From positions 101,928,001 to 101,992,000 of the forward strand of contig OX597814.1 in the NCBI GenBank assembly GCA_951406725.2: DNA of 64,000 nucleotides, written 5' to 3'. Shown here piece after piece: positions 42,425-56,346 of the stretch (positions are counted from its first letter, which is position 1; each line of letters starts with the position of its first letter). This DNA is from Octopus vulgaris (Eukaryota). A model generated the notes under the pieces. The model worked only from the letters and a program-made list of their open reading frames with translations, did no database searches and had not been told where the DNA came from. The position numbers and the translations under genes are program-made.

Positions 42425-42652
42425 AGTACTTATTTCTTTATTACCCACAAGGGGCTAAACACAGAGGGGACAAACAAGGACAGACATAGGTATTAAGTCG
42501 ATTACATCGAACCCAGTGCGTAACTGGTACTTAATTTATCGACCCCGAAAGGATGAAAGGCAAAGTCGACCTCGGCAGAATTTGAACTTACAACGTAATG
42601 CAGACGAAATACTGCTAAGCATTTCACCCAGCATGCTAACGTTTCTGCCAGC
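42425..42652 (-). mobile_element. SINE family A, antisense copy
   Basis: Reverse complement of the 11948-12180 unit. Confidence 0.85.
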
Positions 42653-44959
42653 ATCCTCCTTAGTACTGTCTGACACTTCCAGTGAGGCAGGACATGAGCA
42701 AAGTCAAACTATTTTCTTTTTCACTGAATTATTGCTAATTCTGGGTTCATATTTCGCCAGTATTTACTTTGGCTTCTATTCATCAAGAGACAATAAAATA
42801 TTTATTATTGCTAATGTCTAAATTATCTAAATGCCTAATTCTTTAAGAAAAGATAACAGAAAAAAATGGTTAGTAGTGTCAACCTTGAAATTAGGAAAAT
42901 AAGACTAATCTTTGAATACGGAATGCAGTAGACAATGAGTTTTAACTCTCTCCCTCTGTAGAATAAGGTGTGAGAGTGATCTTTAACAGTTCAGTGTCAA
43001 CTCCAGGTATGTTTCAGTCTGAGCTGATCTTATCAGCAAAGTATAGTCCTTAGGGATTTTTTTTTTTTGTTTTTTGTTTCGTTCTCTTTTTGTCTTTGTG
43101 AATGAACTCTGAGGGACATAGTAATAAAAAGAAATATTTATGTAAAAAAGAGGAAAGAAAAAATGGGGATACTTTCAGTATGAAAACTCAGTAGTAAAGT
43201 GAATACCGGCATATTTGATGTATTAATTCAATAAATTTTAACTAATTAAAATTACATCTTTAGTGATGAGAATAATGATTATTTCAATAACTTTGGTTAA
43301 AAGAGCAAAGGGACACAATTTCTAAAACTTTTATTTATTATTTCTCCCTGAAGTGAACATGTTTGGAATTGAGAAATTAATTAAAATATAATAATTGTTT
43401 CTTCTTAGAAATCATAAATCTATATTTTGTAGAGAAGATGTATCAACTGAATCAGTTACAGTATCTTATTTTATCAAATTATGAGTGAAATGTGAAGTCA
43501 ACATCAAAAGGATTTGAGTTGAGTGTGAAGGGTATTTAATCTGATACTTTACAGTTTCTGTCAGTTTGCCATTCTTAAACAATATGATTATAAGAATTAT
43601 TAATTTAAACATAGAACTGGAGAATTAAAATATATTGGAACTTTTCACTTTCAGAATGAAACAAAATCTAGGATGTCTCAGTAACTTTAATGATTCACTT
43701 GTTTACTCTGTAGGTGTCTGTGGCACTTAATGTTGCATTTTAAGTGTTTGAGAATGCAAGCATGCCATGCATGCAGTCTTTGATTAGCCCTGGTATGTTG
43801 GCAGTATTCTGACTGTTGTGATCATAACTTTGCTCTCAGCTGCTACCCACCTCTCCCTTCATTGTTTTTTTAATGTTTTGTTCATGATAAAATATAACCT
43901 CATTTTGTCACCTTGCCCTGCTTTTGCTTTGCTTTTCAACATTTTTATTTTGTTGATGTTGAGTATCTTCTCTTTAGCTCTCTTGAACAGACTTAAATTA
44001 TAAAAGCTGATGCAAGAACAATGCATTCAGTGTCAATACTTACTTCCCTGCTGTATCACGTCCTCCTTATTGCACAGATCCTATTCTACATATATAAGGA
44101 GAGTGTGCTAGAAAATTTGATTGTTGTATTAGGTCAAATGATTACATAGAAGCACTTTCGTTGATTTTTTTTCTATGAATTGTTGCTACTGTGCATTTGA
44201 AGGGAAAGAGACTAGGAGAGAAAATTAGGACCCTAATTCTGATGTAATCTTTGTATGATTAATCACATAGTAATAATATATAACCATTAATTGATAAGTA
44301 AATTGTATTTCTGATTTCATTTTCTTTTCAACATTATTCCTTTTTTCACAATCCAGAAGCACTTTATCAATGTTAAGTCATTTATGTACATTCCTTAAAC
44401 AACTGAGATCCTACCCTGTTGAAAACACCCTACTGTTCTTTATTGCTGCTATAATTTGGCTAGTGTTATTTAGCAACTTATTGCATCACTGTGGTTTGGT
44501 TGACCTGACACTCTCAGAAAGTGATATGTTACTGTTGAAACTAGTATTGCATATATATTTGTGTGTGTGTGAGAAGCTGACCTTGTAACTTTATGGTTCT
44601 GGGTGATATGTGACTGTGTGATACCTTGGGTGAATGCCTGCTACCATATCCTCAGGTTGACAGATGCCTTATGAGTGAAATTAGGTAGACAGAAACTACA
44701 GGGAAACCTGTCACATATAAATATGTGTGTGTGTGTGTGATAGTTTGTTTCTCTCCAAGTGTCTTGGTTATTGACACTGCATAAGCAAAAATGGTCCGGT
44801 GCCTCAGCAGTTTAACATGTGAAAATATGAAAAACAGTACCTCACATGAAAACAAGTAAGGACTTGTTGCCAAGAGAAGAGTCAAGCACTAGAATGCTGC
44901 ATAAAGAAAACTCATCCAAACCATGCAATCATAGAAAAAGTTGATGTACAAACAGTGAT

Positions 44960-45004
<45 letters not shown>

Positions 45005-45006
<2 letters not shown>

Positions 45007-45557
45007 CAGGTGTAATAGCAGCCGGTAAGTTTACAGCACTATGTAAACTTCACTGAATATTTACAGTCAACAATGTGTGTGGGTTTTGAATATAGGAAAA
45101 TATTGTCTTACCTCTATGGAGACAGAAGAATAAAGGATAACACAATACTGCAGTTTCAAACTCTCCAGGTCATGTATGTGAGCACAAATCTGATTGGTTA
45201 TTGTCATTTGAGTCTACTGTGGAAGACTAAATTTTAAAATATCCACTACATCTCTGATCTTGGTTCTGGTTATGACTGGCGCTATCAGCCAACTAAGCAG
45301 TGTAGTAGGTATTTTAAAAATTGGTCATCCATGGTAACCAATCAGATTCGTGCTCACGCATGTGATCTGAAGAGCTTAAAACCGCAGTATTGAGTTATCC
45401 TTTATTCCTCTAACGATTTCTCCATAGAGGTAAGAATTTTCCTATATTCACCACCTGCACACATCTCTGCCTGTAAATATCCAGTGAAGCTCTACATAGC
45501 GCTGTAAACTTACTGGTTACTATTTCTAGCAATGATCATACTTCTTGCACACCTGCT
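45005..45557. mobile_element. Foldback / long-TIR MITE, palindromic over nearly its whole length
   Basis: Ends are agcaggtgt and acacctgct. Arm pairs include gtaagtttacagcactatgta/tacatagcgctgtaaacttac, aataaaggataacacaatactgc/gcagtattgagttatcctttatt and gtgagcacaaatctgattggtta/taaccaatcagattcgtgctcac. Flanked by (TA)n. Confidence 0.85.
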
Positions 45558-46679
45558 ATATATATTTATAATTCTACCTATATGGTGCTTTGTTCTTGCT
45601 GGATATTAATGTTATTTTAATAATGCTGCCTGACTGGCCCTGTCAATATTAGTGTGTTAGATGGATTTGTATTAAAATTACTTGAACAGTATTCAAATAT
45701 GTGTGGGAGAGAGATTGAGGGAAAGGTACTTAATTCTGGTTTCTGTGATGTCATTATTTCCAGAATAGATATTATGATTTCTGGAGTAGGATGCCTTATA
45801 TCTACAATAGACTACCATTCTTTTCCAGTGAACTATCTTCTGACAGTTTTAAGTAAGCCCATTGTTTCGGTTGTTCATCTTCACCTCTTTTTCTTTCTTT
45901 TTTTGTTTTATTGTCCTCTTCTGAATCTGCCTCTATTTCTCCTTCCTGATATGTCTTTCCTTTATTGTTCTTTCTTCTATATCTTCACCTATTTCCCCAG
46001 TTTTCATGATATATTTTCAATCTCTTAAATGAAATTAAACTCCTATGGGTACCCTCTGTCACCCTTCATTGGAAAATGAGTACATATGGCTGTGGAATAC
46101 TCAGTCACACTAATTCACTGAGAAAATCCTTCATTGTGGGGGTTACAACTTCAGCTGAAAAGTTTTGTTTTGCAGTGATACTGTGATAATTAGCTTCTGA
46201 TATTTCCACTGTTGATTTAGCTGAACAATGGGGTGACTCCTGATCAAAGACATTCTATCTGTGACCATCATGTCTAAGGACTACATTTTCCAATGTATCC
46301 TGCTCTAAAAGAGTAGGGTATGAATTGAGGGTGATTTTACCACGAGTTCTTGCAGGATGAGCAACCACATTGAAGCTCTGTTTTCATTTTTGACATTTCT
46401 AATTGTTCACAGAGCAACATTATGGAGGAACATTTTCAGTTTCTTCCTCACTACCTCTCTGCTATTCTAACAATATAATGTTAGTTTGCATGTTTTAGAT
46501 CATCACATATTAAATCAATCACTTTTACTTCAGTAACATATCTCTCATACACACCTCATGCACATATATAAATATATATATGTTTGTGTGTGTGTATGTA
46601 TATATATATATATATATATATAAAATGTATGTGTGCATGTTTCTCTGTCCTTATCTATCTGCCTATCTCTATACATCTA

Positions 46680-46716
<37 letters not shown>

Positions 46717-47012
46717 ATTGTTTGATATATTTCGCCTGTTTATCATATTAATTTTTCTGTATTCTTAATTCCCTTCCTTCCTTGTATTATCTGTTAATCT
46801 ATGAGGGTAGTTCCTGCCAAGATTGAGATTGACTTTTCCTGTTATCCTTCTTAGATGGAAAAAAATTAGAATGAAGCAGGTACTGGAGATCAGTATATTT
46901 GACTGTATACCCTTGTTTAAAAAAAATGTGTAACTTTGTATCTAAGTTATAAGTCAATATTGTCAGCTAATTAATCTAATATTTTTTTCCTTTCTATTCT
47001 TTTTCTCTGTAG

Positions 47013-47045
47013 AACTTTTACAAACTCGATCGGTGAAGACATTTG
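47013..47045 (+). CDS. SOWAH: 33-nt micro-exon (QLLQTRSVKTF)
   Basis: Strong ttttctctgtag acceptor and gtgagt donor. Symmetric phase 1 to 1 keeps the frame between 14392 and 48895. Confidence 0.7.
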
Positions 47046-48894
47046 GTGAGTAAAATTCCAACTATCACAATATTTTGAATGTAAAAAGAATGATAATTAT
47101 GATGTTGATGAAAAAGATGCCATCTACTAATACTGTTATAAGTACCAGTCAAGAATTTGGGAGGTAGGGGGGTCTATAAAATTTACTGCACTGCTCCCCT
47201 ACCTCCAAATATATGGCCTTGTGCTAATGTTTAAAAGCAGACTTTACCTATCATCATTGTAGTGTTACTAATGTAAACTAGCTATCAGATACTATGGACC
47301 CCTCTCTACAGTGTGTGTGGGCCTTGTGCTAATATGAGTAAACTTTATTATTGAAGGTTGTGGAATAAAAGAGTGGAAGTTATATGGCCAGTTTTCAGCT
47401 AAATGCTTTGCTTTTTACTTCAGTCCTTTGATACTTTGACTTTCAACCCCACCATGGTTGATCTTGTCTTTCTTCTTTAATCCAGGATTAATAAAATATG
47501 TACAAACTATCTACATCCTCTAAATAGGATGGGGTTTCTACCAATTTTGACAAATGAACATTCAGTTGTTCAACCAACTGAATGATTTTCTCAGTGAATT
47601 AATGTGACTGAGTATTCCAGAGCCATATGTATCCGTAATGTAATTTTCAGGTCAAATCAGTATTGTCTCTGTATGATTAGGCTGAGCTCTTGAATTACCA
47701 ATACAATTCATTTGACAGGCTTCCATACAGTTTCTGTCTTCTCAGTTTCATCCACAAGGTTTAGATCAATCCAAGAATGCATTAACTGAAGATTCTGTGG
47801 TAGTCAGACCAAATCTATGACCTCCTGGTTGTAAAGCAAACTTCTTAAACATTCAGCTATGTCTGTGTCCATCCATCCTTCCTTAACAATTTTGGGAATC
47901 ATTATCTTCCTCATCCTTATTACAGATGGATGGCCAGATCTATAGAGTGGTTTTGATGACATCACTTTGCTCTCACCTTTGAATTTCTTCCTACTTAGAT
48001 CAGTAACATAAGCAGTAAAATAGGCAGTGCTCCAGCATGGCTGCAGTCAAATGACTGAAACAAATAAAAGAATAAAACAATGGTGAAAGTCTAATTAACT
48101 TCAGCAACTCCCACCACTCATATTTTTATGTTTTAATGTCTGTTAGTATTCATAATTATTGTTATACAAATTTAAGATTTTCATTAACATCATTTCAAAG
48201 TTTGCCAATATGATTTAAAATGAGAATAAATGGTATCTGCACTTCTAAGCCTCTATACTGTAGCCTCCTATAAACCTACTTGTCAATATATTCAGTTGAA
48301 ATAATTAAATAAGAGCTCTTAACTCCTCATTAATAGAATGTCCATCTACTACATGGACATAAATATCAATTCCATTTTAGAATTCTGAAAATAGATTGGG
48401 TTACTCTAAGTTGTTGTGTAAGAAAATATACCCAGTCAGAGTACGAAACAGCTTCCATTGATTACAGAGTGCTATTTAGTGTTGACAATACTGAGATACA
48501 TCAAAACCTGGTGCTTATTTAAGAGTTAAATGAACCTAATTTGTAATGGTTGTCTTCAGCAAAGACATAGTGACTTGATATGGAGTTTTGGGTGGTGTTA
48601 TCAATATTACCAGCTATGCTCTTATCATGGATAGCATTTCCTGGAAGATCTGGTAAATATTCTCCATAGCTAGTTGAAATAACTCAAACAGGATAAATGA
48701 AACATCTGAACAACTAAAATATCAGGCAAGCTACATATGGCTCCGTGAGCCATAAGTTGCTTGCCTGATATTCTATAGACTTGACCATTTCGTGTCTTCA
48801 TTATAAATAGACTTTTGCTAATCAACTACATTCTCAATAGTCACTCTTTCTCTATATTTTTGGTAACTTTTGCTTTCTCATTTCTCCTTTCCAG

Positions 48895-49118
48895 ATGAAA
48901 ACTTTGAACGAACTGAAGCCATACGCAAAAGTAAACGAGTTGCTGTTGTAGGCAGCTTGATCAACTCTTCAAACAGTATGAAAGCTCAACCAATTATGAG
49001 ATCAAGTTGGGGAGGTTCCTGTGAGGATCTTTACCTTCTTAGTGGCAACCTATCATCTCATTCCACAAGTCCAAGCAGCAGCCAAGAAGGTTCTCCAACC
49101 TCAGGCAGAAAAAATCTG
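48895..49118 (+). CDS. SOWAH: SOWAH-like exon, Ser-rich (DENFERTEAIRKSKRVAVVGSLINSS...SSQEGSPTSGRKNL)
   Basis: tttccag acceptor and gtatgc donor. Open frame, part of ORF 48870..49280. Phase 1 to 0. Confidence 0.8.
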
Positions 49119-51968
49119 GTATGCTTTCAAGATTTTGTATTTCTCACTTTTGTTGTTATAGCAATGATTATATTCCCTTGTCATCACAGCATTATCTCAG
49201 TTATAACTACATTACATGACACATTTTTCACCATAAGCATGTCCATACCACCTACCTATGACTTTATCAATTACTTATGACATCTTTGCATTATGTCCAC
49301 TAACATAGTAGTGATACAATTGATTGAAACACTGCCACATTTTTGAATATTTAAACAAAATATGTAAGAGGATTTCAGTTAGGCAGTGAATGATTATAAA
49401 ACTCTTGTTAATCTTATAGTGCTCTTGATGCTCATAGTCATGAAATGTACCTATGTTATTAGTCAAGTGAACTTAACCAGCACAAATTGAGTTGTCCATG
49501 GCCAAAGCATGATACTAGTTGTCCTTTACATCAACAACCTACTTAATGTTAACTACTAGAGACACTAAGCAGATTATATAACCTTTTATTCCCTCTTAAT
49601 CTTCTGCACTCAGGTGTCACCCCCATAGAACCTAGACATCTTATGCCAACTTTGAATCCATGAAAAAATTTAAAACATTCTCCTCTAGATTCATGCCAAT
49701 TTTCACTCCATTCAAGAGCACAAGAATACTATCACTACTCATATTAAGAAAACACTTGTCCTCTTAAACAGCATGCACTTAAGACCATCACAGAGACTTC
49801 AAATGCTAGGACACTCTCTATCCATGCTGATCTCTGTTAGTTAGTGCACATACATAATATAGCAAAAACTGTCACAAAGACCAGCCTTCTTCAGAACCAG
49901 AAAATGTTTCAATCTCAATCAACAGCTGATCATCTATAAAACTCAAAGGAAACTCACAATGGAGTCCTGTTCCAACATCTTTGGCAGTAGTACTGCTTCT
50001 GATGCAGACTTCTTGAATTATCTCTAAAGAAAGGTTACTCAACTGGTTGGCTTTAAGCCACTCTCAGACACACTCCAACTTCTGTCTTGCTGCCATGCTG
50101 TGTCTTTTCTGTGCTTTTTTCTATTGCTGCTCTATCAACCTCTGCATTTCAGAGCTGGTTAATCTCATGCCACTTCCATTTAAGCATTCCCAATTTATTT
50201 GTTTTTCCTCCTCTCATGATCCATATTGTTACTTCACTCAGTCCCTGCAAGAACTACAATTTTCCCTAATTTTTTTCTTACCTAAGTGTCAACTCTCTAG
50301 AATTCCCTGTATTAAAGAGCATGCAAAGATCATGACTACAATCCATTCTTCCAGATCAATCCAGTAAATAAATGAACAAATAAAGAAACATGAATCATAT
50401 TTTGAATTAATTGTTAAAATTCATATATCAGTAACCCTTCCCCAGCTAATGCATCTTGAGTTTCTATCTGTTTAGCAAGATATTTAACTATTCCTTCTTC
50501 AAAAAACTTGCATCAGATTTGGTAATGTTAGAGGGTCAAGTCTTCAGCACACATTGAATTAATTGGAAGCTGATGTGCTATATTTCAGGATAAATGTCTG
50601 ACTATGCTCTCTGAATTTCTTTTGTCAGTTAAGTTAGCAAAGATTGTCTTCTGCTAGATTGTAAAATGACCATAGAATCTTCTTAGAGATTTACTGGAGA
50701 GTAGAGAAATTAAAAGAAAACAAAGAAAATTCCTAATTTGCAAAGACTATACTTATTGGCAATGTTATCATCATCATCAATTCCCATATCATTTCAGTGT
50801 CATACATTTTCTTGTTAAAATGTTTCGACCCTCTTTTCTTTTGTAGTGTATGTATAAATTTCTATTCAACTCTAATGCCACCACAATGGTAAAGTATATG
50901 CATGCTCTGTGGTTGTTTAATATATGTGAAAATATTTCTTCTCTCTGTTCCATAGAGAATTAGTCTGTTTATGTTTTACTGAACATAATAAAAATTCTGT
51001 GCTTTGTATTTTGGTTTCATTTTGCCAAATCCCAATTTTTTTTCTTTGTCACTATCATTATATTATTTTAACTTTTGACACACACCCATTGTTTATTTAT
51101 TTCACTTTTCCTCTATTTGCACAAAGTTTCTTCACAAACATATATAGTTCATTTAAGCATTTTTGTTGTTCATTTCTCATTTGCACAGAGGGAAATTTTA
51201 ACAAACACCTGAGAAATTCTCAACCTTTTGGTTTATTATATCAAACAGATAGAGAGCTAAATACAAACCTCATGGTATCTTAGCTATAAAAGCAAAGTAA
51301 AGCAATCCCTCCTTCACTATCAACTTTTAATAATGTCTGATTGTTGGTATTTAAGAATAATGACTCAAGTCTTTCCATTACTTTTAATCTATCCCGTGAA
51401 AAAAAGACATCTTAATTTACTTTCTCTATCTGTTCTTTTAACTATAAAATGTTTGGTTTGCTTCAATGTTCATCTTAGCATTTTTTTTTTTTTACATAAT
51501 CTGGAATTATTGTTATTCAGCATGTAATGTTTTGGATTTATTTTTTACTTAATTCATATATCTGTCCGTTGACACTTTAAGAATGCTTGATGAATTTATA
51601 TTCAAATTTTGTCAGTTTTCTGTTGGTTTAATGTATATTTATTCACTTATTTTTCCATTCTAATATTATGTTTGTTTCACAACTCTTTCATTAGACAAAA
51701 TAGTCTTATCTGATATACTTTCTGACATTTACTATTTTGCCTTTTTTAATGTATTATTAATGGTTTTAATTACTATGTACTACACTTTACATGATAAAAG
51801 CACACAGTACACTCTATGGAGCAGTTGGCATTAGGAAGGGCATCCAGCTGTGGAAACCATACCAGAACAGATAATGGAACCTGGTGTAGTCCCTGGCCTT
51901 ACCATCTCCAGTGAAGCCATCCAACCCATACCAGCATGGAAAACAGACATTAAATGATGATGATGATG

Positions 51969-52027
<59 letters not shown>

Positions 52028-53178
52028 TATATTTACATAGAGCATAATTTATACAAAATACTAAAGAGAATAGATAATTTTTTAACTCAATAGCTGTTTC
52101 CGGAAGCTTATCCATAATTTGCAGATGGAATATGCAAGAAGACTTGGATATGCAACAGTCACATGGAGGTAATACAAATTAAGTCGGGCACCCCTTGTCA
52201 AGAGAAAAGTTGGAAAAAGCAGTTCATATAATTGTGCCAGAGATTTAAAGGTTGAAGGAAGTGGAGGAGAAAAATAAAACCAAAAGCTAGGGTGAGGTAG
52301 GAGAATATATGTGATCTTGGAAAGAGTAACAGAGGTAGAGAAGAAGAAATGAAAGACAAGGAGAGGGTGGAGGATTTCCATGATATTGGAGGAATGAACA
52401 GAGGCTGACTAAATGAAACAGAGAGAGGTGAGAGGGTAAAGTTAAAGTCAGTGTGGTGAAAAGGAATACCTCTGGTGGTCATGGAAATATCACTAAGCAG
52501 ACAAATCTATTTAGAGATGGTAACATACTATACAACATAAGAAGAGATAAGCAATGAACAATATAAATATGGGTTGGGTTGTGGGAGAGGAAGATATGCT
52601 GAGATAGAAAGAGTTGAGAAAGAAAATGCTGCTAGCATAGCTAAGTAGTATGTAAGCTTGGCCACAATTAGAAAAAGAATCTTAAAAACTTTACATAATG
52701 GGAAAATGTGGAATAAAATTTGTGCATACACGAGAAGATTGTTTGAGAACCTATTGAGCAATAAAAAATTTTGATGTAGCAAGCGATTCCCTTCAATGCA
52801 ACTTAGAAACATGATGGTTAGTGTTATATGGAAAACCCCCACAAACTGTCGACCAGGATAAGGTATAGGGAATATTCTGGGACTTGAGATGGAGTATGTA
52901 GCTAAGGAGTTAGAGAGTTTAGAGGCTCCACATGAGAATGAATTCAGGTGAGCCTGTAGGGGTGCTCGAAATCAAGTGTTGCCAGTGTAGACCCTAGACT
53001 GGTGGGAACACACTGGCATTTATATACATTATAGCTTCCTAAAAAGTTCTTTTTAATATCTGATAAGATGGATACATCGGAACCAGTTATATTTTAAATC
53101 ACTCACTGTAACAAAAATATTAAACATTCGTTAAAATATACTTTTGTGCATTTTCCAACTTTATTTATTTTTTAACCC

Positions 53179-53220
<42 letters not shown>

Positions 53221-53939
53221 AAAAATGGTCTACAATTTATCATGAGTTTCAGTTTACTACTTTACTACTATTTTATGTATATGAGAGAGAGAGAGTGTTC
53301 TAGATGTTTGGAGGTGATTTTTCTGTTTCATAGCAGACTTTCTGAGTGTTTGAGTTTGAAGTTTGCAATGGCAACGAGTTGTGTCCTTTGCATGTCCAAG
53401 TGATCCTTTATTTTTAGTGTTTTTGTTTTATTGCATAGAGAGTCTATGATGTGTTTGTATGCAATGTGTGATGATAAGTAGTACATTTTTGTGTGTGTGT
53501 GTGTTTTCTATTTTGTTGTAGTTTTTTATGAAGGAATTCCATAACAGGAATTCCTGACATTATCTGCAATGAAGCCAATGTATTTTTCATGCACTTCTCT
53601 TGTTCCTCCTTTGTGATAACCTTACCCAACACCTGTGAATGCTTTCAGTGTCTTTTGTTTTCTTTACAATACACATTCTGTATGTACTGTGACTGTTATG
53701 AAGGGTGAGACATGTTTTCACACATGATTGCAAACAACTATTACTGCATGTACATCTGTGAAGTTTGTTTACAATTAATGTATGATGTCAAGATGATGAA
53801 ACACACACACACACACACAATGGGCTTTTCAGTTTCTGTCCAATTAACTCTTTCACAAGACTTTAGGTGAACCTAGACTGAAGTAAAAGACACTTGCTTT
53901 GAGGTGCTGTCAGCAAGACTAAATAGGTAAATTAATTTG

Positions 53940-54195
53940 TCGCTTCACTGGCACATGTAAAGGGATTCGAGCGAGGTCATTGCCAGTACCACCTGACTGG
54001 CCCCCGTGCCAGTGGCACGTAAAAAGCACCCACTACACTCTCGGAGTGGTTTGCATTAGGAAGGGCATCCAGCTGTAGAAACTCTACCAGATCAAGATTG
54101 GAGCCTGGTGCAGCCATCTGGTTCGCCAGCCCTCAGTCAAAATCGTCCAACCCATGCTAGCATGGAAAGCAAACATTAAACGATGATGATGATGA
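53940..54195 (+). mobile_element. SINE family C 3' part ending in (GAT)n
   Basis: cacgtaaaaagcacccactacactc...ggaagggcatccagctgtagaaac...ccaacccatgctagcatggaaa...gatgatgat. Other copies at about 150-325 (+), 10345-10475 (+), 10885-11065 (-), 29640-30010 (-), 31420-31610 (-) and 51800-51970 (+). Confidence 0.8.
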
Positions 54196-54561
54196 TAACA
54201 TGGTTGTGATGTGTAAATGTTCACCACACAGCCATGATTGCATCATATATAACACTCTCACTGTATGAACCAGACTATGGAATGTTTTTATGTACTGCTA
54301 GTCACAATGCATTTTCTTTCATTGGTTTCACTTTCAAATGATACTGAAAGTACTAGAGTAAATCTGCATTGCAAAATTACTTATTTACTGTTAAGTGTGC
54401 TAGAGCAATGTGAAATGAAATGTTTTGCTCAAGAACACAGTGCACCACCTGTCTGGGAATTGAAACCACAAACTTGGAATCTTGAGTACAATACCCCAAG
54501 CTCTTGGCCACACACTTTAATATATATATATATATATAAACAAAATTGAACACACATGCGC

Positions 54562-55046
54562 AAGGTGTGTGTGTTGTTAGTTCATGGGTCAACTGCATTT
54601 TAGGCATATGAGAATATATTCTCAATGTGCCTGATGCTAAAAACACCTGGAAGTAAGTCATAGGCAAGTGAGACAACTCACATCAGGTTCCTTCCTGGAA
54701 CAACAGACATCAATGTTTTGTCATTGTTGTGACTTTTCAATGTCATGTACTGAACAAGGCCTGCTGCAAGCCATATCGCCAACTATGACTATATGCTAAA
54801 TGGTTTGAAAACCATCTGCTGGCATGTCGCAACATTTCATGCCATAGAAAATAATTCAAATATGAATTAGAAGCAGCTCAGGGTTGTCGTTCATTGTTTA
54901 ACATCTGCTTTCCATGCTAGCATAAGGTGTGTGTGTTAGTTCGTGGGTCAGCTGCATTTTAGGCATAAGAGAATATATTCTCAATGTGTCTAGTGTTAAA
55001 AGCACCTGAAAGTAAATCATAGGCAAGTGAGACAACTCACATCAGG
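54562..55046. repeat. Direct repeat pair of about 125 bp (54562-54687 and 54924-55046)
   Basis: aaggtgtgtgtg..ttagttc.tgggtca.ctgcattttaggcat...ataggcaagtgagacaactcacatcagg occurs twice around a ~235-bp spacer. Confidence 0.85.
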
Positions 55047-56346
55047 GTTTATGGTATGGTTCAATTAATTTGGTATCCAGACTAAATGTTACGTCAGCAA
55101 AATTTACCTTACAATAATTATTTTCTATAGTCTGAAATTTTGTTTCTTACATCTCTCTATTTCTTATTTCCTACAACTATCTAATATAAAGAATGTCATC
55201 CCTATGTAGACCACCTACCTCCCAACATAAGAAACTAGGAGTCCATCTGGAATAGGAAAAATATTCCGACAAGATCAGTGACTTGTGCTAAGTCACTTGA
55301 TCCCATTGCCGTATTGAACCTCATCTTCAATTTGTTATTGAAATCTATTTGAGTGCTATGTACAGCTAGCATTTAATTTATATCCAACCTAGATGAATCT
55401 GAATTGTGCATAGCAAAAGTGAGAGTCTTATTAACTAGTACTGGATTAATTGTAGAATAATAATTCAATCTGTCAAGTTGTATAAACTTGCTACTATTTT
55501 GCTCCTTTGATCTTTTGAACCATCCAACTTGTCACTCATACAAGATGATTGCAGGAGTTTTTGATTGTAAAATATTTAATGTAGTACTATATAGTAAGGT
55601 ATTTACTTGTCTATGTGCTGCCAGTTGCCTATGATCTATACCTATTATTGTGGCAATAGTTAATTTTATGCCAATGAAATTTTGTAAAATGCCTGCATAC
55701 ACACGAAAATGTATATGTTTTTTTTTTTTTATGTATTGACACATTTGATCAAAAAGGTTTTGCTTCTTTGCCAAATTTAAAATACACATCTCATTGGAAT
55801 ATATTCTTACAGTTCCAACAATGCCCCAGCTCATTGTTAATTTCATTATCCTTCAATTTTCAGATAAGTTTACATTAGGAGTTTGTGGAAGTTATTCATT
55901 TTTGTGGGTGGGGTGGTTCTTTTAAATGTATTTTCTTTGAATCCTCTACACTTCTCTTCACTGACAAATATTAATGTAATCTTCACTCTATGAACAAGTG
56001 GTTTTGTATATTTGCCATTAAGCTAAAATTACATTGTCCTTTTTGGTGAAGTGTTTCTATTTCTGTGACTGGATGAATATTTGAAATGTTATATCTCAGA
56101 TGTAATCTTGTCTGTATAATTTTGTAAAATGCTTGCACACAAAAAATATTTTAGTCTTAACATTGTTTTCAAGGAAGAGCTTATGATATCTATGTGTTGT
56201 GTAGAAATTTTTTCTTCTAAAGGAAAACAAATTACTAGCTGTACTAGAAATTAACTCTCATGGTATTGAGGAAGCTGGTTAAATCAGATGCTGTTTCATT
56301 GTGTAGTTCTACTTTGTTTTACATGTTTTTTTTGTTTGTTTTGAAG

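Noticed and set aside
49119-49280. Read-through past the donor gives a hydrophobic, TM-like tail (FVFLTFVVIAMIIF)
   Set aside because: T-rich intron sequence yields such stretches by chance, and a good donor with an in-phase downstream exon exists.
55273-55302. Small hairpin gatcagtgactt-gtgct-aagtcacttgatc
   Set aside because: A short stem with a bulge is within chance expectation for 64 kb.
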